A DNA stretch of 52,140 bases from Deltaproteobacteria bacterium. Lineage in GTDB: Bacteria > Myxococcota > JACRCW01. The first letter of the stretch is position 1, and each line of letters begins with the position of its first letter. Below the pieces are notes generated by a model. The model saw nothing but the letters and a program-made list of their open reading frames with translations. It was not told the DNA's origin and did no database searches. This document shows positions 45,975 through 52,140 of the stretch, piece after piece. The position numbers and the translations under genes are program-made. The stretch spans positions 1-52,140 of the forward strand of contig JACRCW010000101.1 of the NCBI GenBank assembly GCA_016218805.1. Reading direction: 5' to 3'.

Positions 45975-46070
45975 GGTCCGCCTTCCAGGTTGTGCGCCGC
46001 CGCCGCGGCCGCGCCGTCGTCGGACCGCTGATACGTGGCCGCCTGCCAAACGGCAAGGCCGCGCTTTCCG

Positions 46071-49000
46071 TCACCGCCGTGCTCCAGGCGAAGAAGCCGC
46101 TCCGGGCATAGCGAGCCGGTGCAGCGTCTCCGGCACGGCGATTTCAACGCTTTGATCGCCGGAGCCCATTTGCACCGGCGCTGTGAAGTACGCAGGCCCG
46201 CCGGTGGGGTCATGCTTGATCACCACCAGCGTGTGCGCCCCGCCCGGCACGTTGCGGAACACCAGCGCGTTGCCGGCGGTGGTGTCCGCCATGCGGCCGG
46301 CCATCATCAGTGACACCAGGTCCTCCGCGGACTGGATGCTTCCCTGCGCGCCGGCCACCAACACGCCCATGGCGCCCGCACCCGCCGACGGAACCAGGCG
46401 CACCGTGAGGGTGCTCCCGTCCGCGGGCTCGGCCAGGTCCACCGTCACCTCCGCCCCCTCCGGCAGGTCCGCCGCGGCCTTCAACATTGACGCCGCGCTG
46501 GATACCTCCCGGAATGGCGCCCTTTTGCCCGCCGCAACGGGAAAAGCCATGATGAAGTACTTGCCGGCGGTGAGCCCGCTGAAACGGTAGGTTCCATCCG
46601 GTCCGGTATCCGTCGCCTGCGGCGCAACAAACGCGCTGCCACCGCCGGCCAGATTCACACGCACCCGGGGCCAGGGCTCTCCCTTGGCGTTGGAGATCCT
46701 GCCGCGGATCACCCCGCCCGCCGCCAGGACGATTTCCAGGGTTTCCACGCCGGGGGCCGCCGTAGCGCGCCCCGGCGCGTGGTCCGGGTGCACGGCGGAG
46801 AGGGTCGCGGCGGTGTCGGGTACGTTCTTCAAAACAAACGAACCGGTCGCGTCCGTCGTCGCGCCGGCGGACGCCGGTTTCTCCGGAGACATGACAAAGA
46901 AATCCCCGGCATCCGCGACAACTACGGTGACCTGCGCACCGGCCACCGGTGCCCGGGCCGCGGACAGCACCTGCCCGCGCAGGACGCGCCCGCGGCCCAG
47001 GACCACGTCCTCCACTTCCAGGTCCGCGTCATCCGGGGCGGTCACCTCGCGGTGATACGGGGCGTACCCGTCGGCCACCACGTGGAGAGCCAGCGGCCCC
47101 GGCCGGTCCACGCGCACCTCAAACGCGCCGGTGGCGTTGGCAAACGCCTCGTTGTTCACGGTGAAGGTCCGGACCGGATTGGCACGCCCGTCCACCACGC
47201 GGCCGCGCACGCGTCCCAGCGGGCGCAGCACCACCCGCACGTCGGATTGCGGCGCCTCCACCACCAGCGCGCCCGCATCCGGTAGGACCTGCAAATAGCC
47301 ACGCTTGCGCGCCACCAGGATGACCCGGCCCGGATGCACGCCGTGCAATGAGAACGTGCCGTCCGGGTCGGAGTGTCCAAAGGCCCGCCCCGGCCGGCCG
47401 TCCGCGGCAGCCTCCGACTGCGGCGCTTCATTGACGGCGGACAGCATCACCTCCGCCACCGGGCGCTGCTGCATGTCCACCACAACGCCGTCAATGAACT
47501 GCCCTTCGTCCACCACCAACCGCACCGGCGGCGCGCTCCCGTGGGCCACGGTGACCACCGCTTCGGCGCTGGCGGGGCCCGCGCCCGGAGGCCTGGCTTC
47601 CACCTTCCATGCTCCGTCCTCCAGGCCGCGAAGCTGGAATTCACCCTGTTTACCCGTGGTCGTGGAACGCAGGGTCTCCTCCTTGCGTTCTTCAGGCGCG
47701 CTGGCATGGACCCTGGCGCCCACCACGGGCTCATCCCTCCCATTCACCACCACGCCGGCAACCACGCCACCAGGCTCAAGCACCACGCGCAGGCGCGCGT
47801 CCGGCGCGCGGGCGGACAGGCTGCGCGGGAGGTAGTCGTCATGCGCTAAGCGCAGCGCGTACTCCCCGGGGGCCAGCCCGGTCACGGAGAACGTTCCGTC
47901 GTCGTGACTGCGCGCCCATTGCGGCTCAGCCGGCCCACCGCCGGACAAAACGGCGGATATGCTGACGCCTGTCAGCGGCGCGCCCTCCGGGTTGACGATG
48001 ATTCCCTGCAGGGTGGCCGCGGGCGCCAGGACCACGTCAAGCGCTGTGGCGGCACCCGCTTCCACACGGATGGGCTCACTGCGGTGCGTCACGTACCCAT
48101 CCGCGGACACCGTCACGGTGAAGGATCCGGCCGCCAGCGGGGCAACGCTGAAGTGTCCCGCGGGGTCCGTGCGGCGTGCTGATTCACGGGATTTCCAGGA
48201 CGCGGTATCGGACAAGCTCGCCTTGACCTCTGCTCCCGCCACAGGCCGCCGCTCAACGTCACGGACCGTGCCGCGCAGGGAGCCGCACGCGTGCAGCACC
48301 AGGTCAACCACGCATTCCGTCGTGCCCTCGCGGACCGTGGCGCTCGCGAACGCGCCCCGCGTTTCGTCGCCCGCCTCCAGGGAGTAGCTGCCAGGGCGCA
48401 GCCCGGGAAACGCATACGTGCCGTCCGGCGCGGTACGCGTCTCCAGTTTCTTGTGCTCGCCGTCCAGTCGCACGGCCATGCCCGCGGCCGGCTCGTCGTT
48501 GTCCAGGACGCGGCCGTGCAGGCGCTTGGCGGAATACAGCTTGATGGTGTGTTCGCCGTCCCGGCCTTCCGTGCGCGTGTGTCCCGGGAGCAGCGCGCCG
48601 GCGCTCGCCACCAGCGTGTAGTCACCCGCCGGCACCGGCCCCACGCGGAACCGGCCGTCGGCCGCGCTGGTCACTTCAAAGAAGCGGCTGTGGGGAGCGT
48701 AGATGGCGGTGACCACCGCGCCGCCCACCGGCTGGTCGGAGTCCGTCACCGCACGCCCCGCCAGGAACTGCCCGGGCGCAAGCAACACATCGGCCGCGAG
48801 TTCGCCCGCCCGGACGTCCACCCGCACGCCGACAGCGCCGTCTGCCTCGGCCCACACCGCCACCGGCTGGTCGCCGGTGCCGCGCAGCTCATAGCTGCCG
48901 TCGGACGCGGACCGCGCGAAGCCCAGTGGCGGCGGCTCGCCCAGGCGGCGCCCCACCACGTCCAACAGTTGCGCCGCCGCTTCACCGCACCCACACTCCA

Positions 49001-49376
49001 ACAACCGGCGCCCGCACCGGTTGCTGCATTGGCACATCATTCCGGAAAGCACGTCTTCCGGCGCGGCACCCGTGGCAAGCACAGACGCTCCGCCCACCGG
49101 GCCGGCCGCGTTGCGGATGACGCCGCGTATCACCGTCTCAGACGCAGCCGAGGCGCCACCGTCGGAGGAAGCACGCCCGCGCGCGCGCGGGGCGGCCGCC
49201 GTCGTGCCGCCGGCTTCCAGCGCGGTCGTGGTGGCGTCGGACGCGGTCGCGGCGTCTTCGGAGCGCAGCAACCACCACGCGGCCAGGGCCAGTGAACCCA
49301 GCACACACGTCGTGACCGCCACACGCGCAGTGCGGTGACGTTTGACCGGTTCCGACAATTGCCCGGATTTGGTCAT
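46071..49376 (-). CDS. Membrane-anchored protein with many carboxypeptidase regulatory-like (prealbumin-like) repeats
   Basis: N-terminal TM segment, then repeated GxVxDxxGxPVxGAxV...TxxDGxFxxxGLxPGxY units. Confidence 0.9.
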   Translation of the reverse strand: MTKSGQLSEPVKRHRTARVAVTTCVLGSLALAAWWLLRSEDAATASDATTTALEAGGTTAAAPRARGRASSDGGASAASETVIRGVIRNAAGPVGGASVLATGAAPEDVLSGMMCQCSNRCGRRLLECGCGEAAAQLLDVVGRRLGEPPPLGFARSASDGSYELRGTGDQPVAVWAEADGAVGVRVDVRAGELAADVLLAPGQFLAGRAVTDSDQPVGGAVVTAIYAPHSRFFEVTSAADGRFRVGPVPAGDYTLVASAGALLPGHTRTEGRDGEHTIKLYSAKRLHGRVLDNDEPAAGMAVRLDGEHKKLETRTAPDGTYAFPGLRPGSYSLEAGDETRGAFASATVREGTTECVVDLVLHACGSLRGTVRDVERRPVAGAEVKASLSDTASWKSRESARRTDPAGHFSVAPLAAGSFTVTVSADGYVTHRSEPIRVEAGAATALDVVLAPAATLQGIIVNPEGAPLTGVSISAVLSGGGPAEPQWARSHDDGTFSVTGLAPGEYALRLAHDDYLPRSLSARAPDARLRVVLEPGGVVAGVVVNGRDEPVVGARVHASAPEERKEETLRSTTTGKQGEFQLRGLEDGAWKVEARPPGAGPASAEAVVTVAHGSAPPVRLVVDEGQFIDGVVVDMQQRPVAEVMLSAVNEAPQSEAAADGRPGRAFGHSDPDGTFSLHGVHPGRVILVARKRGYLQVLPDAGALVVEAPQSDVRVVLRPLGRVRGRVVDGRANPVRTFTVNNEAFANATGAFEVRVDRPGPLALHVVADGYAPYHREVTAPDDADLEVEDVVLGRGRVLRGQVLSAARAPVAGAQVTVVVADAGDFFVMSPEKPASAGATTDATGSFVLKNVPDTAATLSAVHPDHAPGRATAAPGVETLEIVLAAGGVIRGRISNAKGEPWPRVRVNLAGGGSAFVAPQATDTGPDGTYRFSGLTAGKYFIMAFPVAAGKRAPFREVSSAASMLKAAADLPEGAEVTVDLAEPADGSTLTVRLVPSAGAGAMGVLVAGAQGSIQSAEDLVSLMMAGRMADTTAGNALVFRNVPGGAHTLVVIKHDPTGGPAYFTAPVQMGSGDQSVEIAVPETLHRLAMPGAASSPGARR

Positions 49377-49577
49377 GCGGATCCCCCAGGAAAGTCATGC
49401 CGCCGAAGGGTGGCCCGCTGACTGCGTGGGCGCAAGGTCCTCGGTTCAGGTCGCGACGTGTGAGGGCGGCCTCAGCCAATCTCCGCGCAATGCGCCTGGA
49501 CGCGCGGAAACTCAGCGGCGGCGGTGGGTTTCCCGGGAATTGCAGCCGCGGCCGCCACAGCGCGCCTTCCGCGCTGC

Positions 49578-50459
49578 TCAGCGCGCCACCACCGCCGCAG
49601 GCCGATTGGCGATCCACACGCCGATGAAGATGATCCCGCCGCCGGCAAGGACGGCGGGGGAGGGCACTTCGCCCAGGACGGGGTAGGCGGCCAGCGCGGA
49701 GAACACCGGTTGCAGGTAGATGAACACCGCCACCAGCGACGGGGGCGCGTCCCGCAGCGCCACGGCGTTGAGGTAGTACGTCCCCACCGTGGGACCCAGC
49801 ACCACCCACGCGATGATCGCCACCAGCGCCGGCGTCCACGCAATCTCCGCCCCAACGAGCGATGGCACAGTGACGGGCGCCGCGAACAGCGCGCCCCAGA
49901 AGAAGATCCACGGCACCAGCGCCAGCGGGCTGAGCTCGCGTGACAGGGAACGCGTGACGACGAGATACCCCGCGTAGGACAGCGTGCTGGCCAGCAACAT
50001 CAGGTTGCCCTGCAGGGCGTCCGGGCCCAGTTGCACGCGCCCCGCGCCCGTCACAAACAACGCTCCGCCCAACGCTGTTGCCATGCCCAGTACGCGGTGG
50101 CGCGTGGGTTGTTCCGCGCGCAACAGCAACGCCAGGGCGAGCGTGAACACCGGGATGGTGGTGGCGAGAACGGTGCTGTTCACCGCGCCGGTGCGCTGCA
50201 GTCCGCCAATGAACAACAACTGGTTGACGGTGATTCCCAACAGGCCCGCCGCCGCCACGCGCACGTGCTGCTGCACGGTGAGGCGCGCCATCCGTCCCAA
50301 TGCGACAAACAGCAGCGTGGCCAGGCCGGCGCGCAGCCCAATGAGCGCCGGCCCCGGCATGGCGCGCAGTGCGATCTTCCCGATGACGGGCCAGGTCCCG
50401 AACAGCAGTTGCACGACGAGCAGGGCGCCGTGCACGCGCCATTGGAAACGGTGGAACAC
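49578..50459 (-). CDS. DMT/EamA family transporter
   Basis: About ten TM segments in two repeats; GLQRTGAVNS, TTIPVFT, FIYLQPVF...LGE. Confidence 0.92.
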   Translation of the reverse strand: MFHRFQWRVHGALLVVQLLFGTWPVIGKIALRAMPGPALIGLRAGLATLLFVALGRMARLTVQQHVRVAAAGLLGITVNQLLFIGGLQRTGAVNSTVLATTIPVFTLALALLLRAEQPTRHRVLGMATALGGALFVTGAGRVQLGPDALQGNLMLLASTLSYAGYLVVTRSLSRELSPLALVPWIFFWGALFAAPVTVPSLVGAEIAWTPALVAIIAWVVLGPTVGTYYLNAVALRDAPPSLVAVFIYLQPVFSALAAYPVLGEVPSPAVLAGGGIIFIGVWIANRPAAVVAR

Positions 50460-50550
50460 GGCTGGCCCCTACCACGTGGCGCGCTCGCGGGGGTCCGCGC
50501 GCAGTGAAACAGGAATCCGTCAGGGATGGCGCGGACGGCGCCGCCGCGCC

Positions 50551-52107
50551 TCACAGCGAGAAGACGTACGTCGCTCCGCTGGCCAACGCAGTGTTGTCGG
50601 ACTGGATGCCATTGATGCCCGTGGCGGCGCTGTCCTCAAAAGCGGCGCCTACCGCCAGCGTGCGGCCGTCCGCTGACAGGGCAAACTGAGTGCCGAACTC
50701 GTCGCCCACGTCGGTGTTGGAGGCCTTCACATAGGTGGGCGCGGTCCACGGGCCCGCGGTGGTTCGGGTGAACACGTACACCGCGCCGCTGCTGGCCACG
50801 GAGTTGTCCACCTGGTTGCCGCTGAAACCGGTGGCAGCGCTGTCCTCCCAGTCCGCAACCACCGCCAGCGTGTTGCCGTCAGCGGCCAGCGCCACGACGA
50901 CGCCGAAGTGGTCCATGGCGTCCGTGTTGGTGGCTTTGAGGTAGGCCTGCTGGGTCCAGACCCCGCCGGCGCGCGTGAACACGTACGCCGCTCCAGCGCC
51001 GTTCTGCGAATTGTCCACCTGGTTCGCATTGATGCCTGTGGCGCCGCTGGCCTCGCCGTACGCGCCCACCGCCACCGTGTTGCCATCCGCAGCCAGCGCC
51101 ACGGACCAGCCAAACTGGTCGTTGCTGTCGGTGTTGGAGGCCTTGAGGTAGGCCTGTTGGGCCCAAGCCACGCCGGAGCGGGTGAAGACGTAGACCGCGC
51201 CGCTGGACCAGGCGTCGTTGTTGGACTGATTGCCCTGGACGCCGGTGGCGTTGCTGTCTTCCTCGGGCGCGCCAACGGCCAACGTGTTGCCATCCGCGGA
51301 GAGGGCAAGCGCACCAAAGTAGTCAATGGCGTTTGTGTTGGAAGCCTTGAGATAGGCCTGCTGGGTCCAGGTACCGGCCGTGCGGGTGAAGACGTACGCC
51401 GCGCCGCTGGCGGACGCGGTGTTGTCCGCCTGGTTGCCGTTGACGCCGGTGGCGGCGCTGTCCTCCAGAGTGGCCCCCACCGCCAGCGTGTTGCCATCCG
51501 CGGACAGCGCGACGTGCGTCCCAAAATGGTCCGGCGCTCCGGTGTTGGACGCCTTGAGGTAGGCCTGCTGCGTCCAGGTTCCGCCCGTGCGGATGAACAC
51601 GTACACCGCGCCACTGTCCTGCGCGGCGTTGTCCGCCGGGTTGCCGTTGACCCCCACGGCGCTGCCGTCCTCCCCGTGGGCCGCTACAGCCAGCGTGTTG
51701 CCGTCAGCCGAAAGAGCGACGGCGTTGCCAAATTCATCGCCCGAGTCGCTGTTGGCCGCCTTCAGATAGGCAAACAGCGCGGCGGAAAGGCACTGCCCCG
51801 TCCCCGAGCTGCACCCCAGCGGACAGCTGCCGGTTGCACACGGGTCCGCCAGGCACGCGTCGTTGACGCAGGTCTCGCCAGCGTGGGGGCACACCGTGGG
51901 CGGTGACCACTCGCGGCACGGGTCGGCATCGGCGGTGGTGACGCACGTCTGAATCCGCGTGCCGCTGCACTGCGTGGCGCCTTGTGCTGAGCACTCGTCG
52001 GGTGTGATCGCCCATGGTTGTGGCCTCCGTTCCATGGCGACCAGCCGGAACGCAACGCGGGGCCGACGTCGTCTGACGGGCCGTCTTGGCAGGGTGCCGC
52101 GAGACAT
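50551..52107 (-). CDS. FG-GAP/integrin-like beta-propeller protein with a Cys-rich N-terminal region (start uncertain; frame open to the window edge)
   Basis: Six YLKASNT..DxFGxxVALSADGNTLAVGA...SGAVYVF repeats. Confidence 0.88.
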   Translation of the reverse strand: MSRGTLPRRPVRRRRPRVAFRLVAMERRPQPWAITPDECSAQGATQCSGTRIQTCVTTADADPCREWSPPTVCPHAGETCVNDACLADPCATGSCPLGCSSGTGQCLSAALFAYLKAANSDSGDEFGNAVALSADGNTLAVAAHGEDGSAVGVNGNPADNAAQDSGAVYVFIRTGGTWTQQAYLKASNTGAPDHFGTHVALSADGNTLAVGATLEDSAATGVNGNQADNTASASGAAYVFTRTAGTWTQQAYLKASNTNAIDYFGALALSADGNTLAVGAPEEDSNATGVQGNQSNNDAWSSGAVYVFTRSGVAWAQQAYLKASNTDSNDQFGWSVALAADGNTVAVGAYGEASGATGINANQVDNSQNGAGAAYVFTRAGGVWTQQAYLKATNTDAMDHFGVVVALAADGNTLAVVADWEDSAATGFSGNQVDNSVASSGAVYVFTRTTAGPWTAPTYVKASNTDVGDEFGTQFALSADGRTLAVGAAFEDSAATGINGIQSDNTALASGATYVFSL

Positions 52108-52140
52108 GGGGCCCCTGTCTCCCGTTCTACAACCATCCCA

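Noticed and set aside
49411..49425. Sigma54-like GG-N10-GC site
   Set aside because: It is on the plus strand with no downstream plus-strand gene, and the match to TGGCAC/TTGC is weak.

Overview
A 52-kb window from a very GC-rich bacterium. The gene content (Hanks kinase, sigma54 regulator, ExbB-ExbD-ExbD motor, Uma2 nucleases, FG-GAP, PKD and carboxypeptidase-regulatory repeat proteins) fits Myxococcota, though this is an inference. Bases 1-~4,450 are a compositionally foreign, apparently decaying island: a phospholipase A2-like toxin domain with a coupled lipoprotein, a PDZ-like protein and a frameshifted Cys-rich gene. The rest is host-like sequence that strongly avoids TCGA. It holds housekeeping genes (fabI, nadC, purD, cystathionine beta-synthase, tldD, a queuosine precursor transporter), signalling genes, a giant methyltransferase-coiled-coil protein with 63-bp tandem repeats, and several secreted repeat proteins. 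The most striking unexplained structure is at 13,372-18,540: a SEC-C paralog, a ~120-nt multi-stem inverted-repeat element, a helical DUF6261-like gene, a non-coding array of 43-bp units with two alternating palindromes 21.5 bp apart, a second SEC-C paralog and a J-domain protein. A REP/REPIN-like cluster lies upstream of purD. No rRNA, tRNA, CRISPR array, transposase or integrase was recognised. All family assignments come from motif recognition by eye, not database searches.
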